A stretch of DNA of 63,550 nucleotides, filler included, from Octopus bimaculoides (GCF_001194135.2; 10 parts of 10 records of this genome joined end to end with filler, not necessarily neighbours in it); one strand, 5' to 3'. Counted from the first letter of the whole stretch, positions 26,108 to 39,700 are shown. Program-made: numbers and translations. The notes: generated by a model not told the origin, from the sequence alone.

Positions 26108-26400
26108 GTGGAGGTGCATTGGCCCAGTAGTTAGGGCAGGGGACTCGCGGCCGGAGGATCGCAGTTTCGATTCCCAGACCAGGCGTTCTGTATGTTTATT
26201 GAGCGAAAACACCTAAAGCTCCACAAGGCTCCGGCTCCTGTTGTACTCTTTCGCCCCAACTTTCTCTCGCTCTTTCTTCCTGTTTCTTGAGTAAAGCTGC
26301 GATGGACTGGTGTCCCGTCCAGCTGGGGGGAACACATACGCCATACAAAACATGAAACCGGGCCCATGAGCCTGGCTAGGCTTGAAAAGGACGCATAAAT
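26108..26400 (+). mobile_element. tRNA-derived SINE family C variant with V-domain-like 3' block
   Basis: Head GGAGGTGCATTGGCCCAGTAGTTAGGG...GTTTCGATTCCC as at 48996 and 51705. The 3' part GCTGCGATGGACTGGTGTCCCGTCCAG resembles, from memory, a V-SINE domain. Confidence 0.7.
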
Positions 26401-26730
26401 AAAAAATATTATGTGTGTGTGTGGGGGTGTTTGTATGTGTGTGTATGTGCATGCATGCATGTATGTATGTATGAATGAATGGAAAGTCGATCAAATCTGC
26501 TTCCCCAGTCATAGGCTCATAAGGCTGTTTTCCCGGATTCTGTGGCGTATATATTCGGCCTCCTGAACGAGACAGGACGCCAGTTCGTCGCAAGATTACT
26601 TATTTTTGTCATCTGGGTAGATTGAAGCAACGAGAAATGCTCAAGAACACAATGCATCGCCCGCTCCAGGAATTGAATCCACAATCTTACGATCATGAAA
26701 GCAATACCCTAACCAGTAAACTACGAGCCT

Positions 26731-26812
<82 letters not shown>

Positions 26813-26829
26813 NNNNNNNNNNNNNNNNN

Positions 26830-26900
<71 letters not shown>

Positions 26901-27735
26901 CAAACAGAAAGAAGAAGCACGTGTCATGAATAAATGTTTGTTGTAAGTATTACATATTATTAAAATAAAACAAATGCAAGTCTTATCAACAGTTTCTCCT
27001 TCCACAAATAAATGCAGGTAAATTGTTTGGAAACATCTACAGGGACAAAGTATATTATGAAACTTTTCCTCGATTTTAATCTCTATTTTTTGTTGATATT
27101 CAAATGATCGATGTTTTTCATGATAAAGCACCTGTTTATATTTTACAGTTTTCGCTGGCAACGTGTGATAGCCGTTGGAACAATACCAAAAATAAAAAGT
27201 AAAGGTTATGAATGTTGGTGTGTCTGAGATTCTTAGTTATATATATGCATGCCTCATTGAGGGCGATATCCGGATATTTTGTGCATAAAGACCTAGTCCG
27301 CATTGAATACACAATCTGCAGATGAATAATATACATCCAATTTTGTTAATGTGAGTCTTCGAAGTCTTACACTCCACTGGAAAGCCGGAAAATATTTTTT
27401 GCTTTATTTATTCATTTATTTGTTTATTTATTTATTGCCCCTAGATTTCAAACTATTTAAATCGAAGCGTTAACGGGAGCACACGATAAACATTTTGTGT
27501 ACTTCCGTTGGCTATGCGACTTAAATAGGATTTTTTTATATTTTTAAATTTTAAACTATTGTCTACTTTCAGCTAACAATATATTTGGGCTTCTGATAAT
27601 GTTCCATGTTTGTTCCAACCAACCACATTCAGTTCCGTTTTATATTTGCTTCCTTGCTTTTCTCAAGAAATACAGAAACTTATGTTTTCAAAGGATGAGC
27701 AATTACATTATTGTCATTAAAGTTTAGATCTATAA

Positions 27736-27770
27736 GACCGTACGGTTTCGACCTCTTTGTCGTCATCCTC
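27736..27770 (-). ncRNA. Degenerate hammerhead-like motif
   Basis: Minus strand reads AGGATGA-C-GAC(AAAGAG)GTC-GAA-ACCGTACGGT-C, with a perfect palindromic helix III and a GUC triplet. Core positions 3-4 are mutated. Confidence 0.5.
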
Positions 27771-28089
27771 GGTGGTAGATACGAGTCCGCTGGAGATAGC
27801 AGTAGTTCACTCCAGCTCGCAATATAGAGAAAACAAGTGGCACACAGTCACTGATCTTGCAACAACCAAATTACCTAGTTAGAAAACCTCTGGTGGTCTC
27901 GTGGCTGGAAGATGGTAGGGGTTCACTCTCTTGCTTGCAATATGTATCGGGTGCAGATTGCATCGAATAACCAGCTGGAGGTGGCATCCTCCATGGGTTA
28001 AAAATAGCAGTAACGTCGGTTGCTATGGAACAGCCTTGTTTAAGTGGCGACAAACATTACTATATATATAAATATATATATATATATTC

Positions 28090-28480
28090 TTTTACTTCTT
28101 TCAGTGATTTGTTTGCGGCCATGCTGGGATAGCGCCTTGAAGAATTTTTAGTCGAATGTATCGACCCCAGTACTCACTTTCTTTTAAAAGCCTCGTACTT
28201 ATTCTGTCGATCTCTTTTGTTGAACTTCTTGGTTACAGGGACATAAACACACCAGCACCGGTTGTCAAGCGGTGGTAGGGAGACAAACACAGACATAAAG
28301 ATACACACATATACACATATACGACGGGCTTCTTTCAGTTTCCGTCTACCAAATCTACTCACAAGGCTTTGGTCAGCCCGTGGCTATAGTAGAAGACACT
28401 TGCCCAAGGTACCCCGCAGTGTGACTGAACCCGGAATCATGTGGTTGCGAAGCTAGCTTCTTACCACACAGCCATGTCTG
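28090..28480 (-). mobile_element. SINE family A copy
   Basis: Sequence identity to family A. Confidence 0.85.
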
Positions 28481-29121
28481 TATAGTAAAAACTTTGTTTC
28501 GCAACTACATGGTTTCAGGTTGAATCTCACTGCGCGGCACCTTGACAAAAGTCTTCTGCAATAGCTGCGTGCCGGCCAATGCTTTAGAAGTGAATTTGGA
28601 GGCCAGAATCTGTACAGAAGTCCGTCACGTGTGTGTGTACGTGTGTGTGTGTATTTCACTACTTCACAACCGGTGTTTGCTTAAGTCCCCATGATTTAGC
28701 GGTTCGGTTAAAAAAGGTACGAAGAAGAACGAGTGTCCACTTGATCCGTGAAAACCATTGATGTGCTGCGCCAACATTATATACATGAACTTATGTGTCT
28801 ATGCTTATATTGACGTATATACATATTTGTGCATGTTTGTATGTATATGTCTGCTTCTACCTGCATGTATGCAATTATATGTTTATGTGTTCAAATAAAG
28901 ATGCGTGTCTGAATGTGTGTACTGATTTACCTTTGGTTCTTCATTGCATACATAAGGTAAGGAACAATATACATAAAAATGCATGTTTTCGGATTAAATT
29001 CAATAAGTACGTTTCTTTAACACCTTTATCACTTAAAATATATTTATACTTAAAAACCACAATAAGAACCTACTTACTGAACGATAACTAATGAAAATTA
29101 CAAAGTATGTATGTTCTAGGC

Positions 29122-31033
29122 CGGAGGTTCCCAACATAAAACCATTGCAAAGTTCAGTTAGCCCACAGAAAAAATTAGGAATTGGCGGGAATGCACATGC
29201 TCAATAAAGAGGGACATGTACCTCGTACCCTTCTCAAAATTTTCTATCACCGTTTGTAACTCTTTAAATTTACGCACAAAATCTTATATATGCACAATGC
29301 ATTTTCTATATCTTATGTTCCGTCATAACCGAAAAAAAAAACAGATTCATTCGACACTTCAATAATGATTTATTATTGATGATTAAAGTCTTAAGCTGGC
29401 ATTGGAAAGTCTTGTATGAATTGAATATGGCGTTACTGCTTTGAAGTCCATGCACCGAGTTACAACTGCTAAGAGTAATTACTTGAGTTGCTTCATTGAA
29501 TTTTAGGACTTTGTTGTAAAGTTTCTGAATGGTAAGCAGCTTGGAGAAAAAATCCTAGCTTCCAAATGTGACGTATTTTACTGTTCAGATATATGTGAGT
29601 AGCTAAATTTTCTGAAAAAAAAACAGCTACAAGATAAAAATGCTAATCTTTAGTTTGTAAGAGGTTTACTAGTACTTTCCTTAAAAAATTTAATCTATTT
29701 GGCATAAATATTGATTTCAAATTTTGATAAAAGGCCAACAGTTTGGGGGCAGGGGTTAAGTCAATTGCAACGACCCTAGTGCTCGAAGGGTACTTATTTT
29801 ATCAACCCCGAAAGGATGAAAGGCAAAGTCGACCCCTGCGAAATTTGAAGTTAAAACGTAAAGACGGACGAAATGTCACTAAGCATTTCACCTGGCGTGC
29901 TAACGATTGTGACACCTCGCCACCTTTTTCTGGATAAATATCGGGCGTAAGGAGTTGATACATTTTCAACCTTTTCCACTGTTGAGGAGGAGCTGAAAAA
30001 GCACGATATTTTAGTGTACATTGGGCATTTGCACAGTTATATGGAAATTAGGCTCAAAGATCTCCTGGAAATGAACAATCCAAGTTTAGTGGTACATCAA
30101 TTTGAGAAAAATGCAATTGATGTTGATATCTGACGAGCAGTCTTGCCGAGTTGCAGAGTAATGAAATTTCTCAAACTAAATTTAATCATGGACTCAATAA
30201 CTTACAAGAAGTGAAATGGCTGCTAACAAATTCCTATTGATTTTGCAGGAAATAAAATTATATTTCATTGCCTGACCTACTTCTTCCTCAGTTCAGTCAG
30301 ATTTTAGTCGAGTTTCTTTCATACTGTCAAAAGTAGAGGTGATCTGTTTCTAACAACCATGGATCCTACTACTGAAAAACTGGCGAAACTGCATCAGCCT
30401 CGAGGATTTTACTGCATATATACAGTAGAAAGATAATATATCTTTATTTTGCTAAAGGATTTTATTTATGCGCTCAAAAACTAATCGTTTTTTAGAATTT
30501 AATAAATTTCTGGGCGTCAATAGAAGTTTTATGTTATCAGTGTTATATTAAAAAAATAACGTATAATTATAAATGGTTGTTTTGTTGAGCACAGAAAATA
30601 TATAGTTTTGGGAAATGGAATTAAGAGAGAATAAATGTGCAATTAATAGAAACTGATATTTTATGAAAATGTATTACGCTAATGGTAGAAAACAGGTCAC
30701 CTTTGAAAAAAAAATTAATGCTTATTTAATATAATAAATTTTGTTCAAAAACTGTTTTCATTGTGCATTCTCAATTTTAAAATATTCAAGGAAATAAATC
30801 TCATGTCAATGAAACTAATTTAAAACAATATTTAAAAATTTTCTTAGTATTTGAAAAATTTTACAAATTTAATTTTATTAAAGTTTATTATTTTTCTTAA
30901 AATTGACCTGTTTTTACTATTAGATACAAAATTAAAGTATTTTTTTTCACTAATAATGCCGGGTTGGGTGGATGCACAAAACGATTAAGATTCCAAGAGA
31001 GACATGAACTAAAAGAAAAAGTTGGAACCTCTG
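29122..31033 (+). mobile_element. Degraded hAT (Buster/Charlie-type) transposon with nested SINE
   Basis: TIRs CGGAGGTTCCCAAC / GTTGGAACCTCTG. TSD TTCTAGGC / TTCAAGAC (6/8 match). Transposase remnants include KCDVFYCSDI..LNFLKK.QLQDKNANL, NIGRKELIHF and RGDL.LTTMDPTTEKLAKLHQ. Confidence 0.8.
29712..29933 (-). mobile_element. SINE family B inserted in hAT transposase, with 8-bp TSD
   Basis: ATAAATAT at 29704-29711 and 29934-29941. The transposase remnant resumes after the insert. Confidence 0.85.
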
Positions 31034-31480
31034 TTCAAGACCATTATTCACAAATCTATTAAAATAGAAAAATAAATGAACAATATTTTTTCTTTTGACT
31101 TATTTAAAGCCTCTCACAGTAATTTCGTAAGAACCAGCAATGAAAATAAGACAAATTACCTCTCTGCCTCAGAAAGGACAGGCGTACACAAGCACAAACA
31201 CGCAAGCACTTATTTTATGGACTAAGCCATTCACACTAATCCACGTTTCCTTCGAAAATAATACAGCAGTTTATTACTCCACCACCTACCCACTCTATTC
31301 TAAAAAATCACCAAAATGAAATTAAGCAGAATTTACTTTTCAAAGGGTCCCGATATATTGTGAATATTTCTTGACATCAAGAAATAGTATGTGTATCCTC
31401 TCTGTGTGCGTGTTTGTGTCTGTGTGTGTGTGAGTGCGTGTGTGTGTGTGTGTTCGTGTGAGTGCGTGTATGTGTGGGTT

Positions 31481-31524
<44 letters not shown>

Positions 31525-31744
31525 CATGCGTTTGTGTGTGTATGCGTGTGCGGGGATATGTGTATGGTTGTGTACTGGAATTGCTCATAATTACATGTAT
31601 GTATATTTATGGAATTCTGTGTACCCTGCTGTCATTCTAATACAACCCTATGTATGCCTAAACTTCCCTTCCAAGCCATACGAACGTACACGCGCCCACA
31701 TTGTGTATGTGTTTCGCGGGTAGCAGCAGTGGTGTTTTGATTTT

Positions 31745-32985
31745 ACATACTGTTTTACTCTTTTACTCGTCATTTGACTGCGGCCATGTTGGAGCACCGC
31801 TTTTAGTCGAGCAAATCGACCCCAGGAGCCTAGTACTTATTCTATCGGTCTCTTTTGCCGAGCGGCTAAGTTACGGGGACGTAAACATACCAACATCGGT
31901 TGTCAAGCGATGTTGGGGGACAAACACAGACACATAAACATACACACACACACACACACACGCACACACATACACACANNNNNNNNNNNNNNNNNNNNNN
32001 NNNNNNNNNNNNNNNNNNNNNNNNNNNNNNNNNNNNNNNNNNNNNNNNNNNNNNNNNNNNNNNNNNNNNNNNNNNNNNNNNNNNNNNNNNNNNNNNNNNN
32101 NNNNNNNNNNNNNNNNNNNNNNNNNNNNNNNNNNNNNNNNNNNNNNNNNNNNNNNNNNNNNNNNNNNNNNNNNNNNNNNNNNNNNNNNNNNNNNNNNNNN
32201 NNNNNNNNNNNNNNNNNNNNNNNNNNNNNNNNNNNNNNNNNNNNNNNNNNNNNNNNNNNNNNNNNNNNNNNNNNNNNNNNNNNNNNNNNNNNNNNNNNNN
32301 NNNNNNNNNNNNNNNNNNNNNNNNNNNNNNNNNNNNNNNNNNNNNNNNNNNNNNNNNNNNNNNNNNNNNNNNNNNNNNNNNNNNNNNNNNNNNNNNNNNN
32401 NNNNNNNNNNNNNNNNNNNNNNNNNNNNNNNNNNNNNNNNNNNNNNNNNNNNNNNNNNNNNNNNNNNNNNNNNNNNNNNNNNNNNNNNNNNNNNNNNNNN
32501 NNNNNNNNNNNNNNNNNNNNNNNNNNNNNNNNNNNNNNNNNNNNNNNNNNNNNNNNNNNNNNNNNNNNNNNNNNNNNNNNNNNNNNNNNNNNNNNNNNNN
32601 NNNNNNNNNNNNNNNNNNNNNNNNNNNNNNNNNNNNNNNNNNNNNNNNNNNNNNNNNNNNNNNNNNNNNNNNNNNNNNNNNNNNNNNNNNNNNNNNNNNN
32701 NNNNNNNNNNNNNNNNNNNNNNNNNNNNNNNNNNNNNNNNNNNNNNNNNNNNNNNNNNNNNNNNNNNNNNNNNNNNNNNNNNNNNNNNNNNNNNNNNNNN
32801 NNNNNNNNNNNNNNNNNNNNNNNNNNNATATATATATACGACAGGCTTCTTTCAGTTTCCGTCTACCAAATTCACTCACAAAGCTTTGGTCGGCCCGAGG
32901 CTATAGTACAAGACACTTGCCCAAGGTGCCACGCAGAACCATGTGGCTCGTAAGCAAGCTACTTACCACAAAGCCACTCCTTTGG
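31745..32985 (-). mobile_element. SINE family A with N-gap in its central microsatellite
   Basis: Both halves of family A flank the gap 31979-32827. Confidence 0.85.
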
Positions 32986-33099
32986 GAGGTGGGAGGTGGG
33001 GAAGGCGAAGGCGGGGGAAACGAGAGTGGGAAAGCATGGGTGGAGTGTGGAGTGTATATATATATGTCTGATCTTGCTATTCTAGTGTGGGAGTAATTC

Positions 33100-33576
33100 G
33101 CTTCCTTACTCGCAATAAAACAGACACAGGTCGTGTGTCGTTAACCAGCAGGAAAAGATGTTTTCCTGGGGTTAAAATATAATAACATTTGTTCCGCATG
33201 GAACAGCCACATGAAAGTAGTACTGTTTAGTACCGTTACTATGTGAATCTCTTTCAGAGATTTTAAAACCAGCTACTTTAGTTTGTTGCAATATCAGAGA
33301 CTGATTGTCGGTTCTTTGTTTATATATTACGAGTAGGGATGGATAGCTGCCATCTCTAGTAGGCAGGCCTCCAGTACCGAGGACGAGAATACACTCAGAA
33401 ACCAGTTGGTCTAGTAGTCTTGCTATGCTGGAGTGGTAGTGGTTCGCTCTCTTACACACACTAAAACAGACTCAGTTTGTGTGTCGTTAACCAGCGGGAA
33501 AAGATGTTTTCTTGATGTTAAAATGTAGTAACATTTGTTCCGTATGGAACAACCACGTAAAAGTGGTAACGAACAT

Positions 33577-33580
<4 letters not shown>
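33100..33580 (+). repeat. Non-coding repeat with ~345-bp period and internal hammerhead-like motif
   Basis: Direct repeats at 33100-33225 and 33445-33578. Between them lies CCGAGGA-C-GAG(AATACA)CTC-A-GAA-ACCAGTTGGT-C at 33377-33411. Homologues at 27850-28040 (+) and 43960-44240 (-). Confidence 0.7.
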
Positions 33581-33639
<59 letters not shown>

Positions 33640-33664
33640 GAAACATATATAAACTTCATTGGGA

Positions 33665-33706
33665 TATTAACCTTGGAGTTCGCTCTTTTAAGCTCATCAG
33701 TTGATA
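33665..33706 (-). ncRNA. Degenerate hammerhead-like motif
   Basis: Minus strand reads CTGATGA-GCT(TAAAAG)AGC-GAACTCC. The core and stem II are canonical, but helix III is damaged. Confidence 0.45.
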
Positions 33707-33719
33707 ACTGGCTATGTCT

Positions 33720-34085
33720 ATAAATTTTGCTACGACGCTTTTCATTCACAATTCCTCCATCAAAATTCGTTGGCAGGAGCTCCAGGACACACCAATCATA
33801 TCAACAAGTTCGTCAATTGTTCGTTGACGGTCCTTCAAGATCAGCTGATGAATTTTCATGGTGTTTTCATTCGTTCAGGAGGTCCACGGTCGCCCTGAAT
33901 GTAGTTGATGCTCAAGCGACAAGTCGCAATTCCTAAAGCTTGAAAACCACTTGTAAACGTGTGTTATTCTCATGTACAGTGTCCAACCCGCGAGGGATCG
34001 TCGCAAAATGCTTCGAAACGATCGTTGTGAGCAATAGAGTTTCTCGTATATTGCATTTTCCGTCTCTATCATTTGTGATATGAAG
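33720..34085 (-). mobile_element. Mariner transposase N-terminal remnant
   Basis: Reads VYKWFSSFRNCDLSLEHQLHSGRPWTS*TDENTMKIHQLILKDRQRTIDELVDMIGVSWSSCQRILMEEL*MKSVVAKF. Confidence 0.85.
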
Positions 34086-34212
34086 ATATATATATAATGT
34101 ACTGTTCCGTGATGTATGTATGTATGTATGTATGTATGTATGTATGTATGAATGAATGTATATGCATACATATATATAAAGGAAGTTTGTGTTTAAGTAT
34201 AATATGGCAGTA

Positions 34213-34430
34213 AGGCGGCGAGTTGGCAGAAACGTTAGCATGCCGGGCGAAATGCTTTGCAGTATTTCGTCTGTCTTTATGTTCTGAGTTCAAATTCCGC
34301 CGAGGTCGACTTTGCCTTTCATCCTTTCGGGGTCGATAAATTAAGTACCGGTTGTGTACTGGGTCGATCTAATCGACTGACCCCCTCCCCAAAAATTTCT
34401 GGCCTTGTACCTAGAGTAAAAAAGAATATA
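34213..34430 (+). mobile_element. Well-conserved SINE family B copy
   Basis: tRNA-like head (GGCGAGTTGGCAGAAACGTTAGC...GTTCAAATTCC) plus the Meta-like block GTCGACTTTGCCTTTCATCCTTTCGGGGTCGATAAATTAAGTACC. Confidence 0.9.
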
Positions 34431-35019
34431 ATATGGTAGTAACACTCTACTGAATTAAAATATCTGCTCCTACGCATTATTCCTGACCGAGTCCGTACTC
34501 AAAAGAAATAAATGAAGGCCAATTAATTAGTATCCACCTACATTCATTAAGGCTTCAAGTGGTGCATGGGCTGTGGCCAATTTACGGAAACCTAGTTTCG
34601 CAAATATATTTGTTTGTCTTATGACGACGAGTTTCATTTGCAACCTGCCATGAGGTTGGTTTTATTATTATTTTAACACATTACGTAATACTGTTGTAAC
34701 AGCTGATTGTTCGTTTGTTAATTTGACTAAAAAAACACACTTTACCTCATCACACATGCGCGCGCGCGCACATACACATATATAGACGTGCGTGCACATA
34801 CACACACACATACACGCGTTCATACACACACAAATGTGTTTTGGGTGTATCTGTATACATATACATATACATTTATATATGCGTGTGTGTGAGTACTTAT
34901 ATGTGAAAAATGTATGTATGTATGCATACATGTGTTTCTATGTGTGTATATATATATTTATAGAGATGCGTATATGTGTGTGCATGTTTGTATGTATACA
35001 CATACGCTAAGTGCTTCAA

Positions 35020-35378
35020 AATTCGTTGGACGCTTGATTTTAAAATTCCTATTTGACGACTCGTTTGTAGTACGAATTTTCTTGAACTTTGGTATTACGT
35101 ATCTAGTACCCATTTCTCGTTTTGTGAGGTTCGTCGATGTTAACAGTCTTCCAGAACATTTTTTCAGGATATTCTGAACATTCCGTCTGCTTCAAATTTA
35201 TCTCTAATTCGAGTGAGCGTAAGTTACGTAGAAGTATATGTTTGAAACCGTCTTTGCATTTTGACTGCATTTTCAGACTTCCATTATTATTTTTAATCGG
35301 TTCTCTTCGTTACGTCTAATGGGTTAAGAAATGAAAATTTAATGGTAGTGTATATACATTTTCTTGGAACGCCCTGTG
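35020..35378 (-). mobile_element. Old Tc1/mariner 5' end remnant
   Basis: Terminus CACAGGGCGTTCCAAGAA resembles Tc1/mariner TIRs. The adjacent coding-like sequence is heavily degraded. Confidence 0.4.
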
Positions 35379-35920
35379 TGGTGGGGGGTGTCTGTGTCTG
35401 AGTGTCAGTGCGTGCGTGTGTAAATATTTGAAGAATGTTTCAGGACTGGTTTATGAAACTGAGTAACGGAATTCTGTAAACCGGAACTATAAACTTGATA
35501 CGATAAATATTTTTTCTAAGATATTGAGGACATTTTTCATACTTTGTTTATAGCATTGCTCCATATGTCGTACACTTACGACCATAAGCTAAGATCGGTG
35601 ATAAAGGAGTGCGAAACTGCAAGGACTTTCTGGACACCGACTGAAGAGGAAATCGGCAGCGAATGATCTATGTATCTTGTCTTTGTTCTGTTTGTCGTTT
35701 GTTATGTTATCGTCTATTTTTCCGTATGTGTTTTGCTGATTTCCGCTTGTCGTGTTCTTTCTGTCCTACTTTTGATTTATCCATGCGGCACACCGTACAA
35801 CCTGTTGTTTACTCTGTTAATATATATATAGGGGGGTAGTTTACAGGTGATCTAAACGATTAGGTACGCTAGGTAAGTGTTGTAATGGATTAGTATGGTT
35901 CCAAGGTTATAGTTCTCTTT

Positions 35921-35954
<34 letters not shown>

Positions 35955-36469
35955 NNNNNNNNNNNNNNNNNNNNNNNNNNNNNNNNNNNNNNNNNNNNTT
36001 AATTAATTAANNNNNNNNNNNNNNNNNNNNNNNNNNNNNNNNNNNNNNNNNNNNATAGATAGATAGATAGATAGATAGATAGACAGACCGATACCTACAT
36101 ACATACATACATACATACATACATCTGTAAAGATATGTAAAACTTTCCAAAAATTTAGCACATAAATACATATGCATGCATCTAGACATAAAAACGCATC
36201 CATAAAACACACATACAAATCTGCGCATACACTAACACCAAATACTGCACACACACACACATATGCACAAATACCTAGATGATGTTGATAAAAGTTCCAA
36301 TGAAGGAGCCTTGAATCTATGTTAGAGTCCGGCTCTTTCTCTATGGACAAGAAATACAGAAATGAAACTGATTGATAACATACATAGAATAACAAATCAC
36401 ACTATGGTAAACTGAATTAGCAAATAATTGTGAACTTGGAGACTTGTTACTAAATCAAATGTTAATAGA

Positions 36470-36880
36470 TAATGGTGTGAATTTCGCCGAGGTCGACTTT
36501 GCCTTTCATTCTTTCGGGGTCGATAAAATAAGTGACAGGTGAGCCCTGGTATCGATGTAATCGATTTTCCTCCTTCTCCCGAAATTACTGGCCTTGTGCC
36601 AAAATCTGAAATCAATATTTAATGGTGAGAAGGCAGTGAGCTGGCAGAATCATGTGCACGCCAGGCAAAATGTTTGGCGACATTTCGTCTGTTTTTACGT
36701 TCTGAGTTCAAATTCCGCCGAGGTTGACTTTGCCTTTCATCCTTTCGGAGGGGATAAATTAAGTACCAGTGAAACACTGGGGTTGATATAATCGACTAAT
36801 TATTATTATTATCATCCAACGCGGTGAGCTGGCAGAATCGTTAGCACGCCGGGTAAAATGCTTAACGACATTTCGTGTTT
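36470..36880 (+). mobile_element. Cluster of tandem SINE family B copies
   Basis: Family B core repeated head to tail. Confidence 0.8.
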
Positions 36881-37304
36881 ACANNNNNNNNNNNNNNNNN
36901 NNNNNNNNNNNNNNNNNNNNNNNNNNNNNNNNNNNNNNNNNNNNNNNNNNNNNNNNNNNNNNNNNNNNNNNNNNNNNNNNNNNNNNNNNNNNNNNNNNNN
37001 NNNNNNNNNNNNNNNNNNNNNNNNNNNNNNNNNNNNNNNNNNNNNNNNNNNNNNNNNNNNNNNNNNNNNNNNNNNNNNNNNNNNNNNNNNNNNNNNNNNN
37101 NNNNNNNNNNNNNNNNNNNNNNNNNNNNNNNNNNNNNNNNNNNNNNNNNNNNNNNNNNNNNNNNNNNNNNNNNNNNNNNNNNNNNNNNNNNNNNNNNNNN
37201 NNNNNNNNNNNNNNNNNNNNNNACTGTATTGAAAGTGTTTTGCGTAGGATGTGTGCAGTGCCCAGTAGTGCAATTTTCTGTATGTTTTATATATTTGTAA
37301 GTCC

Positions 37305-37368
<64 letters not shown>

Positions 37369-39419
37369 TTCGAAGGTGGCGAGCTAGCAGAATCGTTAAC
37401 ACGCCGAGAAAAATTCAAATTCCGCCGATCCTGACTTTGCCTCTCATCCCTGCAAAGTCGATAATATGATATAATACGAGTTGAAACTGGGGTCGATGTA
37501 ACTGACTTAACCCTCCCCCGAAATTACTGGCCCAGTGCCAAAATTTGAAACCAATACTTAATCGTGAGCGTTTTCGAGTTCAAAATCTCATCAGACCATC
37601 TGACTCATTGTTCCTTTACACATTGACAGTTTGAGATATTGGTGGTTCGGACAATTTCACTCTTAAGAATCGCAATATATCTATGATGCTTCCATGTATT
37701 CAGCACTCCCCTGCAATTAAATGTGGGTTTCAGTTTTTCTTTTTTTTTTAACTTTGCTTCTCCGCTTCTGAACTTTATGTAATCTGTATAGTCTAATCCA
37801 ATATTTCCAAGTGGTGGGCGAGTTAGTCCCTCAATCCTTCATATTTCAGGCTTAGCTAGGCATGTGGAATCAGAGCGATAAATATAACGTAGCCGCGCAT
37901 GAAAGCTCCGTGCTGGAGAAAAAAATGGAGAAAAGATTTCCACTTGAAGCGAGGGACCATTTTTTGTGGAACGACTGGGCCTCTCTGGCGCATAACAGAT
38001 ACGCAGACTACACAAATCATCTAACTATGGCGTTAACCAGGCATATAGGAATCACTGATGACCTCACACTATCATCTATCAAGCGGATCACAGCAAGGAT
38101 AGTAGCAGGGAAAAAGAAAAAGAAAGAAAGAAACACGAAAACAAGAGGAGGAAAAAAAAGAGGGGGGAAAAGCAAGAGAACCTTTATATCAACCTTTCAC
38201 ACTAAGGTGAATAGATGGAACATCGTATAAAATAACGCATACGAGGGCGTGGGACCAAACAAAAAAATGATTGAAAAACACTGATTTAATCAGTGTTTGG
38301 AAAACACTTTGGTTGCTAATCATAATGCCAGTAAATTCTTAATTTCGATTACTGTGGTAGCTTTCGTCAATGTAATAATGATACAGTCTTCCTTAACGAA
38401 AAATACACATATTGGAGAAGCTGTTAAGCACATGTTCCGTAAAGAGTAGAAAGCATGTAAATAAATTCTCTTAGCATCCATACCGGGAGGATGCTCAATT
38501 GGAATGGAATAGTATCTATACTATCGCATATCTACTGTACAAGCTGTGATCCGAGATGCTAATGCTGATCAGATTAATAAACTCGTATGCAGTTTTTGAT
38601 TTTATGGAGTATGTCTCTTTTGGTCCATGGACGGGCCAAATAAATAATCTCAAGTAACTATCATTATGGGATGATCCCGCAGTTTCCTAACTGGCTATAA
38701 AAAACTGATGGCTTCGCTCAACCAAAATTTCCCCTAAATTCATTTACGGGTTCAAGAAACGTACACCTATACTTTCGTTAAGCTTCCATTTACTTCATCA
38801 GGTAAGAATCAGCGCGTTCATCTTTCTTCTTTCTCATTAGCAATGAAGCTAAAGCATATCTATGCAGAGACCTTTTTTCATGCCTGCATATTGGATCAGT
38901 TGCATTATATTTTCAATTACTAAAATTATCTTTCATCGTTGGGATTTTTGTTGTTATAACTTTATAAAAAATTCATGCATTCCTCCGATCTGTAAGTTTA
39001 TGGACATGTTTGAAACACAGAGAAATGTAATTTGTACGTTGACTATCCACCTCAGTCATTAGATAACTAATATTCGCAAATATAATTATTTAGAGTATTT
39101 GTTCATTCATCATTATTAGCGAAGTATTTCAAATGACATTTTTTTGCTTTCAAATTCGTTTTGTTTTTTTCCAAATGATTTATTGCATACAACTATCGAT
39201 GTGGCATCACCAAGAACACATTGTTAGATCAGATGTTTTTGATAATGAAACCTGTTTCTTCCTTTTCTATCTTTTTTTCTTTTCGATTTTCCCTCGCGGA
39301 AACATAATGGTGGCCAACATTCTGGGATCTACTGTTTATTGTAGCCTACAATTAAAAAGTTTGTTACTCTGGCTCTTAAGGTGCCTTTTGTTCAGATTAG
39401 TAAAATAGGATATACGGGT

Positions 39420-39700
39420 ACAGGCATGGTTGTGGGGTTAAGAAGTTCGCTTGGAAACCGCGTGGTTTCGGGTTCAGCCTCATTGCGTGGCACGTTGGCC
39501 CAGTGTCTTCTGCTATAGCCCAGAGCCGATCAATGATTTGTGAGTGAATTTGGTAGAGGAAAACTGTGTGGAAGCCCGTCCATGCGCGTGTGCATGAGCG
39601 TGTAAATATGTATGTGTTGTGTTGTGTTTGTGTTTATGTTTGTCCCTCTCTCCCGATGTTGGTTTGTTTAAGTCTCCATAATTCAACGCTTCGGCAAAAG
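39420..39700 (+). mobile_element. Diverged SINE family A copy
   Basis: Family A head and core in forward orientation. Confidence 0.75.

Noticed and set aside
38745-38800. CTGATGA...GAAA on the minus strand as a hammerhead
   Set aside because: No credible stem II, helix III or stem I; compatible with chance.
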